Part shown: piece after piece, positions 37,593-51,385 of the stretch | Layout: each line of letters opens with the position of its first letter | Numbering within the stretch: the stretch's first letter is position 1 | Assembly (NCBI RefSeq): GCF_006345805.1 | Contig: NC_043007.1 | Location: 35,092,001-35,156,000, forward strand | Origin: Octopus sinensis | Taxonomy: Eukaryota | Direction of reading: 5' to 3' | DNA length: 64,000 nt | The notes under the pieces: model-generated | Database searches by the model: none | What the model was told of the DNA's origin: nothing | Seen by the model: the letters and a program-made list of their open reading frames with translations, nothing else | Translations under genes and position numbers: made by a program

Positions 37593-38253
37593 CCGTACAT
37601 CCTCGAGTATAATCCGCATTTTCCCCAAAAATTTAAAGGTCAAAATCCCTAGTGCATACTATAAGGTTGTCCCAAAAGTTCGTAGAAAGTCTTGGAAAAT
37701 AATGGTCTTTATTTTGAGGAATAATTTTTGTTGTTTTTGTTAGTACTTGGCGAGTAAAAATTCAATTTTCGCAAGTGTTTGCGAACTTTTGGGACAACCT
37801 AATATATACGAGGTTAAAAATGAAAAATATTTTCTAAGCAATGTCCAAGTCTATTTGCTGTCCGGCAATGTTTATTCAGACGCATTTTGTGACGCCGGAC
37901 ACGAAAATGCTTTAAGCTAAACCTGAAAGCAATGAAGTCACAAAGGAATCAGCCATAACTTGCAGTAAGCAACATTTATTAAAATAAAAGTATTCAGAAT
38001 ACTGAATAACATGTAACAAACACAATTTGCAAACATTTACATTCCCATATAACAGTTAAGAACACCACCATTATTGTATTACGCATGCACGGAAGTGTTT
38101 GTTCGACTAGGTGCTGCTTGCTTAATTACGCACGACTCAAATTAGAGAAGGGGTGCGTATTATACACAAGGTCTAGGTTTTTCAGAAGTACAGCCCCCCC
38201 AAAAATCCCCTGCGTATTATATTCAAGGGCGAATTATACTCGAAGATTTACGG
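37593..38253. mobile_element. pogo/Tc2-type MITE
   Basis: TIRs ccgtacatcctcgagtataat / attatactcgaagatttacgg, TA flanks. Confidence 0.82.
37662..37802. mobile_element. mariner-type mini-MITE nested in the previous MITE
   Basis: TIRs aggttgtcccaaaagttcg / cgaacttttgggacaacct, TA flanks. Confidence 0.85.
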
Positions 38254-38254
38254 T

Positions 38255-38810
38255 ATATACGGCAGGCTTCTTTCAGTTTCCGTCTACCAAATCCACTCAC
38301 AAGGCTTTGGTCGGCCCAGATCTGTATGTATTATTTACTTTTCTTTTATTTGTTTCCGTCATTAGACTACGGCCATGCTGGGGCAGCATCTTGAAGAATT
38401 TTTAGTCGAATGAATCGACCCCAGTGCTCATTATTTTCTTCATTTCCTTTAAGCATGGTAGTTATTTTATCGGTCTCTTTACTGAACCGCTAAGTTACGG
38501 GGACGTAAACACACCAACACCGCTTGTCAAGCAGTGGTGGGGGACAATTATTGACACAAAGAGACACTCACACGTAATATCAATTCATAAAGTACAAAAG
38601 AACAGGGGTTTAACGGCTCCGAGGAAGCTGTAGAATGTTATACTATTCGGTTTGTTTACGTCCCCGTCGCTTAGCGGTTCGGCAAAAGAGACCGATAGAA
38701 TAAGTACTAGGCTTACAAAGAATAAGTCCTGGGGTCGATTTGCCAGACTAAAGGCGGTGCTCCAGCATGGCCACAGTCAAATGACTGAAACAAGTAAAAG
38801 AGTGAAGAGT
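38255..38810. mobile_element. Cluster of SINE family A fragments, both strands
   Basis: Family matches at ~38260-38320 (-), ~38340-38545 (-), ~38652-38810 (+). Confidence 0.8.
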
Positions 38811-39542
38811 ATATACACATATATACACACATTACACACATAAGGATTGAAAATAGCAATATTCTTTTCCCAGTTCAACTTAAAATATTTTCATTTAAAT
38901 CAGACATACACACACATATGTATAGATGTATGCAAGTTTGTATGTTTATATCATATATGATAAAACAGGGTCTGTGTGTGTGCGTGTGTGTGTGTGTGGT
39001 AATTTTAACTAACACTTCCAAAGTAAAATTCGCCTGGAGAAGAGATACCTGTCGCATAGTACGTTTGATAAAAGATGGACGACAGTCGTAAGAAAGTCAC
39101 GAGTGAATGGAAATGGCTAAGTGTAGCCATCCAGCGACAAAAGAGGATACGTCGGATAATGGCGGTGGGTTAATTAATCCGGTGATGTATATACAAAATA
39201 GAAATTTTTATTTTTATCGATTTCTGTAAAATTTTAAAATTTCCATCCGATTTCATTATATTTGTCATTTACATTGTGTACATTTGCTTGTCTGTTCCTG
39301 TAATGTCCCCTCTGTGTTGGACCCTCTGTGACCAATAAAAAAGAAATCGTGTTAGTTCGAGCTGAGTTCGCAGCGAAATCGGAAGGTGTCGGTTGGTTAG
39401 TTCTTTTGCAATATTGATTGTTGGTTCGTGAAGAGATTGTTGGATCGTTAGGTTGTTATCACGGCTGCATCGCCATCTTATTTGCTGTTACTACACTGGT
39501 ACGGTGTATCTAAACCATCCACTACAATATCGTGGTGGTACT

Positions 39543-39929
39543 GTGTGGAAGCACTCCGTCGGTTACGACGACGAGGGTTCTGGTTGATCCGAATCAACGG
39601 AACGGCCTGCTTTGAAATTAACGTGTAAGTGGCTGAGCACTCCACAGACACGTGTACACTTAACGTAGTTCTCGGGGATATTCAGCGTGACACAGAGAGT
39701 GACAAGGCCGGCCCTTTGAAATACAGGTACAACAGAAACAGGAAGTAAGAGTGAGAGAAAGTTGTGGTGAAAGAGTACAGCAGGGATCACCACCATCCCC
39801 TGCCGGAGCCGCGTGGAGCTTTAGGTGTTTTCGCTCAATAAACACTCGCAACGCCCGGTCTGGGAATCGAAACCGCGATCCTATGACCGCGAGTCCGCTG
39901 CCCTAACCACTGGGCCATTGCGCCTCCAC
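39543..39929 (-). mobile_element. OR-type SINE, tail type C, full length with TSD
   Basis: TSD cgtggtggtact at 39531 and 39930; TCG anticodon-like triplet in the head. Confidence 0.93.
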
Positions 39930-40251
39930 CGTGGTGGTACTACGACATTGGAGACGGACGATACAACAAATCCCCTTTCTACTAATTTGATCTTAAATAA
40001 TAACATTTTCTCATATCATTATTTAACACCTTCAATGTAACGTGTAACCTTCTTCCCTTGCATTATTTTCTTTGCAAAGCCTTATTGTTCATTAACTGTC
40101 TCCTTTCTATTTGAGTCTATGTTATAAATAAATTATATCTGCTCATGTTGTTTTAACGTTTATATTGTTATCCCTTGAGTTTTCGCTTTGCCTTTTCCTA
40201 ATGAAACATTCTTAGATTTATATATTTACATACACACACGCGCGCGCGCAA

Positions 40252-40290
<39 letters not shown>

Positions 40291-40763
40291 ACACACACAT
40301 ACATACATACATACATACATACATACATACACATACACACACATACACACACATAGATACACATAGATACATGCATGCATATATATGTGTATGTGTGTGA
40401 GTGCGTCTGTGTGTGTGCGTGCGTGTGTGTGTGTGTGTGTATAGGACGATTGAGCAAACCAATCAATAACGAGGCTATAACGACGTCTGGAAACAGCTGT
40501 AAGTCTAATTTACTCTAACAAAGAGAAATATGTAATGACCATTATTTAAACCCAATATATATATATATATATACAACAAAATTAGAGAATGGAGAAACAT
40601 ACTTAAATCAATAAAACATCAACTATCCGATGATACCCAATCAATACTTTAATACACCATTACATATGAGTAAAGGCATTCTACAAAATGAGATATACAG
40701 TAATAGTAAAAAGATAAAGAGATATAAGTAAAAAATTTCAAATATAATATGCAATTAAATCAA

Positions 40764-40876
40764 AACTGACAGCTGTTTCGGCAGTGAGGGCAGTCATACC
40801 TCATTTAACCTATAAGCCATAAAGGCAGGTATAAATGAGGCATTAACAAGGATGCCCCACGGCCTCTTCAGAGAAT
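40764..40876 (-). ncRNA. Hammerhead motif with long helix II
   Basis: revcomp CT CTGAAGA GGC c GTG GGGCA..(gcctcattta/taaatgaggt)..TGCCC t CAC t GCC GAA ACAGCTGT C AG; stem I is weak. Confidence 0.7.
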
Positions 40877-41210
40877 TAAATTAAATTTGTTATAATTGTG
40901 AAAAATATTATATAACCATATACATATAAATATAAAAATATAAAAATGTAAAATATAAAAACTTATACATCATAATGCTACACTTATATAATATAATACT
41001 CATTGGTACAATAAAGGAAGGTAAACAGAACAAAATAAAACAAAATATATATCAGTGTATATATTAATATTAATAAGTACCGATATTATACATATTTGGC
41101 TAATAGTTTTTTTTAAAAAAAACTAACACATAGGGAGATGAAAAATAATAATTAAAACCATGGTTCAGTTCATAAAATTCTAAAGCTATAAAAGTTAATA
41201 AAAAATTACT

Positions 41211-41212
<2 letters not shown>

Positions 41213-41280
<68 letters not shown>
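41213..41280. repeat. (AAT)n microsatellite
   Basis: Perfect run. Confidence 0.97.
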
Positions 41281-41362
41281 GATACAGTTAAGTTTGCACC
41301 AAGTCCATCCTTTCAAGATCGAAATAACTATGAGTTTAGAAATGCTGACCACTATATATATA

Positions 41363-41570
41363 AAGTTAATACAAACAAGAAAACAAAAACAAAAACACAA
41401 CAACGCAAGGACGTGGAACAAATAAAGTATTATTGGACGCTCAGGAAAGAAGAGAAGAAGGAGGGTTTGACGTTTCGAGCGGAGCTCTTCGTCGGAAACA
41501 TAGGAGAAGGAAAGATCCCGAGAAGGGAAGACAGGGGGGGAAAATCGCTAGTGATACAGACGAGGTCACA
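41363..41570 (-). mobile_element. HHR element family H1, copy 3
   Basis: Family match. Confidence 0.85.
41465..41499 (-). ncRNA. Minimal hammerhead motif (H1), GUC site
   Basis: revcomp GTTT CCGACGA A GAGC tcc GCTC GAAACGTC AAAC. Confidence 0.75.
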
Positions 41571-42218
41571 TACTATATATATATATATACTGTGTGTGAG
41601 AGAGAGTTATTTTCAATACTGTTATCAAAATACCTCAAAAGTTCACTTAACCAAACCAACACATAGCACACTCGCACACTTTCACAGACAGACTTATGCT
41701 TAAACACTCACACACATTTGGAAAAACTTCTAAAATGATTTGATGCAGTCTATTTTTTTATAGCTGGTTTACCTGACAGCTGATAAAAAGTACAATGAAA
41801 AAAGAAAATTGACGTCTTAAGCTGTCATTAACTTCAACCAGCTCAGAAACAAACCCCATTCCACAGCTGGGTAATATGACAACTGACCAAAAATACAATG
41901 CAATTTCAACCATATCAGAAATAGACCACTTCCTTCTTGCCTTCCTTCTTTCCTTTTCTTTCTTTCCTGTCCTTCTTTCTTCCATCCTGTCTTTCTTTCT
42001 TTCTTCATTTTTTCTCTCTAACCAAGCCTCCAAAAATTCACCGCACACACACGAAAATACACACATGTGTATACAGATACACATATATATACACACGTAA
42101 CACACATAAGGATTGGAAATAGCAATATTCTTTTCCCAGTTCAACTTTAGATATTTTCATCTAAATCTGACATACACACATACGTGTAGATGTATGCACG
42201 TATGTATGTATATATATA

Positions 42219-43427
42219 TCATATATAATAAAACAGGGTTTGTGTGTGCGCGCGTGCCTATGTTCTTTATGGATTCGAAAACTAAGTATGTTTTTTGAAC
42301 AACGCATCTTTTTTACTACAAAAGTAACCTCGAAAACGAGCGCAGGTCACACAGTCTTGTGGTCTTTAGCTAAGGGAGGCAACTCTGCCTGAATAGTCGT
42401 AAAATACATGGCGTTTTACCAGGAGATAAAACTTCGAAGATATACCGTCAACTTTATTAGTATTATTTAGTAGATCATCTTTAAATGTGAAGTATGTTTG
42501 TGTTTTATTTAGCACACAGTTGCCTCTGATGTAGCAAATCCATCGCATAGTTTTTTTTCTCTTCCTGAAATACTGTCAATCTATGTCTTTCTCTTGTGTT
42601 TTAAGAAAGATTTGGCTGCTATTTGTAGTAGCTCAAGTTCCACAGAGACTCCTCTGTGCATGTGTGTGTGTTTTGAGGTGATGAAAAAATTACTTTTTCT
42701 CAGATTAGTTTGCACAATATTTTTTTTTTTAATCTGGACATCTTTCTTACTGCTAGCCATTCAACTTCAAATTACAATTAATTGTTGAAGTCAAGTACAC
42801 TGGGATTTACATATAGTGTTTTCGTATAGAGTGGAAATTCAGTACGAAGTTTTAAACTCATTATCTTGTTAGTAATCCATTACCTTAAATTTGAAGCCAT
42901 TAAGTCTTTAAACATTATTTCACTGGGTTTAGTTTTTTGACTGTCACCATGAAGGGGTATCACCTTCAAAAGTTTAATTGATCATACTGACTGCATTAGG
43001 TATTTCAATCCGTCATTTATTTTATAGATCTCTGCTTGATGAACTGCTAACTTTGAGATGTAGTGGGACACAAAACTCGATTTAACAACAAATGTAAACA
43101 CACACACACACACGCACACATTAAATGCAAGAATGACTGTGTGATCCATAAGTTTGCTTCAAACATGCTTCCACGTTCAGTCCTTCTGCATGGTACCTTG
43201 GGCAAGTGTTTTCTACAATAGCCCTAGACCAACCTGAGACTTGTGGCTGAATTTGGTAGACGGAAACTGCAACGTTGTTCATAAGAAAATGGCCGAAAAT
43301 CGTGTTTATAAAGAAGAGCTGTTTGCTTCATACTCTTCGTGTGCCGATTCTGCCCATAAGAAAAGGATAAATAATGCAATGTGACTGTAGGGCATAACAC
43401 CCTGGCAACGCCGGAGTGCATTGCTAG
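42219..43427 (+). mobile_element. Probable old non-autonomous Helitron with SINE inserts
   Basis: a|TCatatataataaaac 5' end; 3' cctggcaacgccgg hairpin then CTAG|t, as at 54017-54379; pairing of the two ends is inferred. Confidence 0.5.
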
Positions 43428-43581
43428 TGTGTGAGGCATGAAGCTTCTGTAAATGAATCTCTCAAAAATGAGATGAAAGGACTAAATAAATAGTTATCTA
43501 AATAAATAGTTTTCTATATATATGAATGCATGTATGTATGTATGCGCATGTGTGCGTACCTGGTGTGCTCTATACTAAATG

Positions 43582-43714
<133 letters not shown>

Positions 43715-44713
43715 GGAAGATAAGTATTATCCGCGCGATCACTCGTCAGCTTTTTATGTAGAAATCTGGCTAGCGTAGTATTCTAATAACCAGAGGGAGA
43801 TCAGCTGTCCTTCAAAAAAAAAAAAGAAAAAAGACCACTTTGCAAATCCAAGCTATGATCCTGTAGGCATGTTATAAGTCTAATAGAATGAATAAAATTA
43901 ATTTAATGGAGGAAAACAGAAGTCAAATCGATGTTATGAACGTTCCCATTAACGGAAAATTGCTGTGGATTTTCATGAATCAATTCTTTTTGTTTTTTTC
44001 TGGGGGTTTTTTTATCAGTTGCTATCATGATTTGGACTGGTGTTTATCATGCGTTTGTTTTGCTTTTGAAATTTTTGCCACGATTGGTGAATTTAGGAGG
44101 GGCTTTTTGCGTTCCATCCTGATATATATTTTTTTATCATTAGCCTACTTAGATTTCTGCAACTTACTTGTTTTGTATGCCATTTTAAAAATATTTTATA
44201 GCATTGAAATAAATACTATTTATAAAACATTGCAGTATCACAATCTCAACGGCTCTTTAGCTGAAAAAAATTAATTATTAACAAGGAACAGCTTTTAAAA
44301 ATACACCGGTTACATGTCATACTAAGATTACACAGTTGATTTGAGGAGACTTGACTATTCTGATTGTTAATCAATCAGATTTGAACACACCTTCTGAGAC
44401 TTTTTTCTAAGATCTCTAATACACAAGTCATCCTTCTCGATTCTCGATATTACGCTTCGACACACACTCCCCACGATCACCACCACCACCACCACCACCA
44501 CCACCATCATCATCATCACCACTGCTACCATCACACTGTCACTATCACAAGTAAAATAAAAACAGTTACGAGAAATGGATCTCCTTCGATTTGAACGATG
44601 ACTATTCAGTCGTTCGATCAGCTGAACCGCCAGCTAATTGAAATAGGAATTGAAAAGTGGTTGAGTATTCCATAGAATGGTTTATCCAAACCGCAAATCA
44701 CAGGCAGGTACAT

Positions 44714-44870
44714 CGTGACACAACGTTACATGACGTGGAACGACGTGACACAACATTATATGACGTGACACGACGTGACACAACGTGACTCAACGTGATA
44801 CAAAGTGACATGAAGTGACACGACGTGACACGATGTGACACAGCGTGATACAACATGACACCACGTAACA
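44714..44870. repeat. Degenerate 10-bp tandem repeat (gtgacacRac)
   Basis: cgtgacacaa/cgtgacacga repeated. Confidence 0.85.
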
Positions 44871-45134
44871 AGACTCAGCCTTTTTATTACTAGTATAGAG
44901 CATCCACTCTGTTTTAGTCGTCACAGCTTTACACACAATGCTTGGGTTGGCGTCTGGTGTGTTCAAGACGACACACAGGGGGATCGAAACCGGATCCTCA
45001 TCATTTTGAAAATAACATTTTAAACACATGGCTATGTCTGCACCTTTGTGAGCGTGCACACACACATACACACACACACGCGCGCGCGCGCGCGCGCGCG
45101 CACACACACACACACATACACACAGAAAGGCACG

Positions 45135-45338
45135 TGAATGTATGTATGTACGTATCGATACAAACGCACAGGTTTGTATCCATCTTTATACGTACGTGAG
45201 TACGAATGTGTATATGTATGTATGAACGGCCGCCCTTATATAAACATGTATATCAGGGTATATATGTATGCCTGTCTGTATGCGTGCCTGCATGTACGTA
45301 CGTATGTATGTATGTATGTATGTATGTATGTATGTATG

Positions 45339-45369
<31 letters not shown>

Positions 45370-45865
45370 GTACGTACGTATGTAAGTACGTACGTATGTA
45401 CATATGTATGCATGTATGTACGTACGTACGTACTTATGTAAGTATGTATGTATGTACGTATTTATGTATGTATGTGTGTGTGTTTGTATTATAATGTCAG
45501 CATGTATGGATGTTTGTATGTAAGCATACTTGTATTATATACAGACATATGTATGCATAATATATGCAAGTATGTATGTTTATATGTATATATGTATGTC
45601 TGTACGCGTGTAATTATGTAGATACATATGCATGTATCCAGCTAACTGCGTATACACGTATATATGTATGCAAGCATGCATGTACGAATGTATGTATGCA
45701 TGTATGTATGTATGTATGTATGTATGACTGTATGTATGTATGTATGTATGTATGTATGTATGTATGTATGTATGTATGCATGTATGTATGTATGTATGCA
45801 TGAATGTATGTATGTATGTATGCATGCATGTATGAATGTATGCATGTACGTACGTACGTATGTAT
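45135..45865. repeat. (TATG)n/(TACG)n tract
   Basis: Visible simple repeat. Confidence 0.95.
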
Positions 45866-46509
45866 TTTATTCCGTAGATTTTTGTCATTTGCTGGTTTAC
45901 ACGATCGGAATGTTTACCGGTCGTCGGTCTAGTTTGTGTCTATGTAACCTTAAACTCTTCTTGGTCAACAGATATAACGGGTAATGAATGAATCTATTGG
46001 TATCTCCAGATAGAAATAAATAAATAACAATGAATATAATCACTAAAACCTACTGGCCAATAAAAGTCATGGACACGCTGATAAGGACGTTTGTGGAATT
46101 CTAAAAGCACAACAGCGACAACAAAAGACATTCTTCAATACAAAGTAATAATGAAAACGTGACATTTGAAGCATTACAACAGCTGTAATTACTTGACGTT
46201 TGACATATGTTGCTCAAGCGGAATTTGATAGCTGAAAGAAGGCAACACGTATAATCATGAATCTTCTTTTTCTTCTTTTTCTTCTTTTGTTTTTCTTTGA
46301 ATAAAATAAGATATGCCGTATGGACATATAAGGCGTATGGTCATATAAGGTGTACTTCAATTTCAGCGAGGCAGATTTCAGGGAAAAGGTGTTTTTAATT
46401 CACTGAAGCTAGCGCAGAAGACCCGACTTCACATATAGATCCTGGGTTTATCTTTTGAGACATTTCGGAGATAAGAGCTGTGTTTTATATGCCATCAAAT
46501 ACGGTGTGC

Positions 46510-47008
46510 ACACATACATACATGTGTGTGTGTGTGTGTGTCTGTGTGTGTGTCTGTGTCTGTGTGTCTGTGTGTGTGTCTGTCTGTGTGTGTGTGTGTG
46601 TGCGTGCGCGTGTGCGTGTGTGTGTGTGCGTGTGTGTGTGTGTGTGCCTGATGACTGTAGTAGGATACCAGACGTATTAGGAATACTGTCTGGCATGCTC
46701 GCAGCACATGAAACTAATAGTAGCAAATAAAAACATATTTTGTATTTACTAAATAATATTTACCTCTCACCAGATGGGGTACGTTTTTTGTTGATCTTAC
46801 CATCACGGAACAGTACACACACACACACACATGTATGTATGTGTGTATGTATGTATGTATATATGTATGTATGTATGTATATATGTATGTATGTAAATAT
46901 GTATGTATGTATGCATGTATGTATGTATGTATGTATGTACGTATGTATGTATGTATGTATGTATGTATGTATGTATGTATGTATGTATGTATGTATGTAT
47001 GCATGTAT
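46510..47008. repeat. (TG)n and (TATG)n tracts
   Basis: Visible simple repeats. Confidence 0.9.
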
Positions 47009-47134
47009 AGTCAATTCGAGGATGTTAGATCTACATTAGGGATTATATTATCCAGAAAATTCCACCCGTTAATCACTATGATATAATGAGAAAGTCACTG
47101 CAAAACATTATGGATTATTGTAGTAATAAATATT

Positions 47135-47423
47135 ATTAATATTGAAAGAAAGAAAGAAAGAAAGAAAATGGAGAAAGATGAATGTATGAATAATTTATTT
47201 GTATGATATAAAGACATTAAAATTTTTTTTAAATAACAATACAAATAAATTATAAGATGTAAAACTCAAAAAGGAATGGGAGTCGCATCTCCCATTCCTT
47301 TTTGAGCTTTACAACATAATTCATTTGTATTGTAATTTTTTAAAAAAATTCAACATCTTTATATCATACGAATAAATTATTCAGACATCCATCTTTCTCT
47401 ATTTTCTTCTTTCAATATTAATG
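47135..47423. repeat. Fold-back palindrome (~140-bp arms)
   Basis: Centre ctcaaaaaggaatgggag tcgcat ctcccattcctttttgag. Confidence 0.88.
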
Positions 47424-47704
47424 ATATATATATATATATATATAAGTATATGAAACATATGTCGAGAATAAAGGATATTTGTTAACTAGTCGTTCAACTC
47501 CATTCTTTCATATACTTATAATTTTAAAATAAACATACAAATTTCCGCACGAAGACACGTAGTCTATGCCCTAGGGACGTAGCTTCAACCGTGTTCTTTC
47601 TGATGTGAATTTGCTACCCAGGTATCGGCTATCTTTAGAATTATCCTTAATAAGATAATTCATTCAATTACTCAAATATATATATATATATATTATATAT
47701 ATAT

Positions 47705-47757
<53 letters not shown>

Positions 47758-48072
47758 TCACATTCATTCATATGTGACGGCTGTCTACACGTTAGACGAG
47801 CATGACCATCTCTGACAGGTGTGCACAATGTCGTCAAGTCGAGTGCAACTTGCACAATACCATGACGACTCTCACTAACAATACCAAGAAGCACAGAGAC
47901 AAGCGAAGTGCAAAATATTTGGCTCAGTACAGCAGCGGGTTTTATATACGAATTAGCTTTTTCCCAGAGGGATGCCTTGACAAAGCCCAACAGCCCGTCA
48001 TTCCCAGTGGGCTTACTGCTCCTTATAAGAGGGAGTCTAATGTTTCATATATTTATGTATATATACGGTTGG

Positions 48073-48451
48073 CGTGGAGGCGCAATGGCCCAGTGGTTAG
48101 GGCAGCGGACTCGCGGTCATAGGATCACGGTTTCGATTCCCAGACTGGGCGTTGTGTGTGTTTATTGAGCGAAAACACCTAAAGCTCCACGAGGCTCCGG
48201 CAGGTGATGGTGGTGATCCCTGCTTTACTCTTTCACCACAACTTCCTCTCACTCTTACTTCCTGTTTCTGTTGTACCTGTATTTCAAAGGGCCGGCCTTG
48301 TCACTTTCTGTGTCACGCTGAATATCCCCGAGAACTATGTTAAGGGTACACGTGTCTGTGGAGTGATCAGCCACGTTAATTTCACGAGCAGGCTGTTCCG
48401 TTGATTCGGATCAACCGGAACCCTCATCGTCGTAACCGACGGAGTGCTTCC
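48073..48451 (+). mobile_element. OR-type SINE, tail type C
   Basis: Reverse complement of 39543-39929. Confidence 0.92.
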
Positions 48452-48610
48452 TACGAATTAGCTTTTTCCCAGAGGGATGCCTTGACAAAGCCCAACAGCC
48501 CGCCATTCCCAGTGGGCTTACTGCTCCTTATAAGAGGGAGTCTAATGTTTCATATATTTATGTATATATACGGTTGGCGTAGAGGCGCAATGGCCCAGTG
48601 GTTAGGGCAG

Positions 48611-48862
48611 CGGTTGGCAACTAAGTTTTTTTTAATTTTAGAATTTATTGCGTTTTTAAATTTTGAAATCTATTTTATTTTTGTTTATTTTTTTCTAGTT
48701 AATTTTAGTTAATCGTTGTTTATTTTCAGATCATTAAAATGAAATGTCAAGTTATGAAAAACGTGCATTTTCAATTCCTCCTTCTTTTTGCTTTTAATCA
48801 AGGTTCTAAGGCCGCAAAAGCAGCTCGCGACATTTGTGCCGTGTATGGAGAGCGTGCCATCT
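48611..48862 (+). pseudogene. mariner 5' end (TIR plus transposase N-terminal HTH)
   Basis: ggttggcaactaag TIR start; MKCQVMKNVHFQFLLLFAFNQGSKAAKAARDICAVYGERAI. Confidence 0.8.
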
Positions 48863-49314
48863 GTCTTCGTCTTTTGTTTTTCTACAAATTCAACTATATA
48901 TATTTTATTTAAACGGCAGAAGTTACAAAGTGACTGCATGGCTCAGAGTTTCGTGCATTGGCATTTTACCTATACGTATGTGTGCGTGTGCATCAGCGTG
49001 TGTGTGTGCGTGTATGCGCGTGTGTGTGTGTGTATAGCGTACTGGGTACGACTGCATCTTAAAGAGTGAAAGCTCAATGTTTTGTGGAATAGCAAAAGTA
49101 TTATTATCGACAATTTTGACGCCGAATCGTCGGTTGTAATTTGTCTCAAGCGAGACGTCAACTGTTTCACTAAGTAAAGGTGAATAAGTAATCATGTTCG
49201 AGACTCCCCACAGTATTACCTATCTACAAGGTATCACGTCCAGTGTAGTAGTTAAATGTTATCCTACCTAAAAGTGGAAGGCGCAAACGTTTAATCAAAA
49301 CCTCTCCGAAAATA

Positions 49315-49520
49315 CTAGTTTCAAATTTAGGCACAAGGCCAGCAGTTTTAGGGGAGAGGCTAATCAATTAAATTGTCTGGTACAGAGCCCAATTGGTACG
49401 CTTTTTTCATCAATCCCGAAAGGGTGAAAGGCAAAGTCAACCTCGGCGGCATTTGAACCCAGAACGTAAAAACGGACGAAATGCCACTAAGAATTTTGCC
49501 CGGCATGCTAAAGATTCCGC
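49315..49520 (-). mobile_element. Decayed Nin-domain SINE
   Basis: gaaaggcaaagtcaacctcggcgg. Confidence 0.75.
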
Positions 49521-50454
49521 CACTGACCGTCTTTCTCTCGGAAAATATTAAGAATGAAATTGTTTTGATCCTCGCTGTTCTGCATGCAGTACACACGGTA
49601 ATTTATTATTTGTTCAGCAGACATCAACATACATCAACAAATTACTTATTTGATGGAATCTAAAAGAGTTTTCATTTGTCTTTAGATTCATTGACCCCGG
49701 TGTAACTTTGACTGATGTGACATAATCAAATCGAAACAATGCGGTGTCTCAAAGTCTCCTTATATCAATAAAACAAGTATGTTATGAGCACACGCCGTCT
49801 GAAGGAAGACTGTGTTCTCCGAAGAGGAAATGTAATAGCAATTAGTATATTCACACATTCGAATTTGCCAGAACGTATTGGGAATAAATATATGTCTTTG
49901 TTCTGGTTCTTGCTATTCTCCGTGGCATATGGTAATTTATTAAACCAATTGCTATTCGGTTTCTAAATGTCTCAGATGAGCTATTCTTAAAACAATTATA
50001 ACTTTACAGATTATTAACTGCTAACTTTAGAAAGGAAACACTTTTCAATATTTACATCAACTCAATGTTTCGCTCGGTTTAATCTCCGATCGTTATCTGA
50101 TGATACACAATAACGAGTGGAAGATAAACTGATCGAAACGTAAATGCGTAGATATTAATATTTTAAAATATATCAGCTCTAACGATGAGATTAATAACCC
50201 GAAAAATTACAATAATATTCAATTAGTTAAGCTTTCAATTTCTGCTGCAACAGTTCTTACTTGGAATATTGTCAGGACTATTCACAATACAAATGTCGAT
50301 GTGAGAAAAGAATGTTTCTGTATTCTAAAGCTATTTTCCCTTCCGATATTTTGTCGTATTTCGACTTAAGACGTATCTTCCTTTTCTTTATAACATTTCG
50401 AGGTATATCGACTTGTGATATATATTCTTTCTCCTATTAGAGTTTTGGTGTAGT

Positions 50455-50494
50455 TTGAATGCATATATACACAAAATATGTACATACATATATA

Positions 50495-50562
<68 letters not shown>

Positions 50563-50625
50563 CACACACACATATATATATATACATATATATACATACA
50601 TACATATATATATATATATACATAT

Positions 50626-50656
<31 letters not shown>

Positions 50657-50669
50657 CATATATATACAT

Positions 50670-50700
<31 letters not shown>

Positions 50701-50959
50701 CATACATACATACGTACACACACATACATACGTGTGTGGTGGGTGTGTATGCGTGTATGTCTGTGTGCATAATTGTACTATTTTTGAAGAATTTTCATTC
50801 GGTTTGCATCTTCTTTGTAGTATTTTATTGCTTTTCGATTGGATATACATCTTGTTTTTAGTATTTTACCGTCACGTGCGCGCGCACACACACACATACA
50901 TACATACATACACACACATGCACACATACATAAATATATAGACATATATAGAGAGGGAT

Positions 50960-51004
<45 letters not shown>

Positions 51005-51271
51005 ATATATATTATATATATATAGTATTATATATAATGCATACATGTTTATATTTGAGTTTATAAGTATTATATATGTATGTATGCATGTATGTATGTA
51101 TATATATCTATACATATATATATTTACACATATATATATGTATATATACATGAATGTGAGCTTGTGTGTATATATATTTATATACATATATATCTATATA
51201 CGTATATATATATATATGTATATACATATACATATATGTATATGTATATATATACATATATATACATATAC

Positions 51272-51319
<48 letters not shown>

Positions 51320-51385
51320 GCATATACATATATATATGTATGTATATATATATAATATATATATATATATATACACATGTATGAA
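50455..51385. repeat. Degenerate (TA)/(TACA) tracts
   Basis: Visible low complexity. Confidence 0.92.

Noticed and set aside
47780-47940. Non-repetitive, more GC-balanced stretch that could be a host exon (also 35960-36220 and 4080-4500)
   Set aside because: No recognisable protein motif or convincing splice-site pair; RNA-seq is needed
48073-48150. tRNA-Arg-like sequence (also 2233, 26484, 39850, 54900)
   Set aside because: SINE heads continuous with SINE bodies; no complete acceptor stem
50095-50146. CTGATGA...GAAACGTA hammerhead-like words
   Set aside because: Stem II does not pair next to the core and stem I is out of register; chance or too decayed
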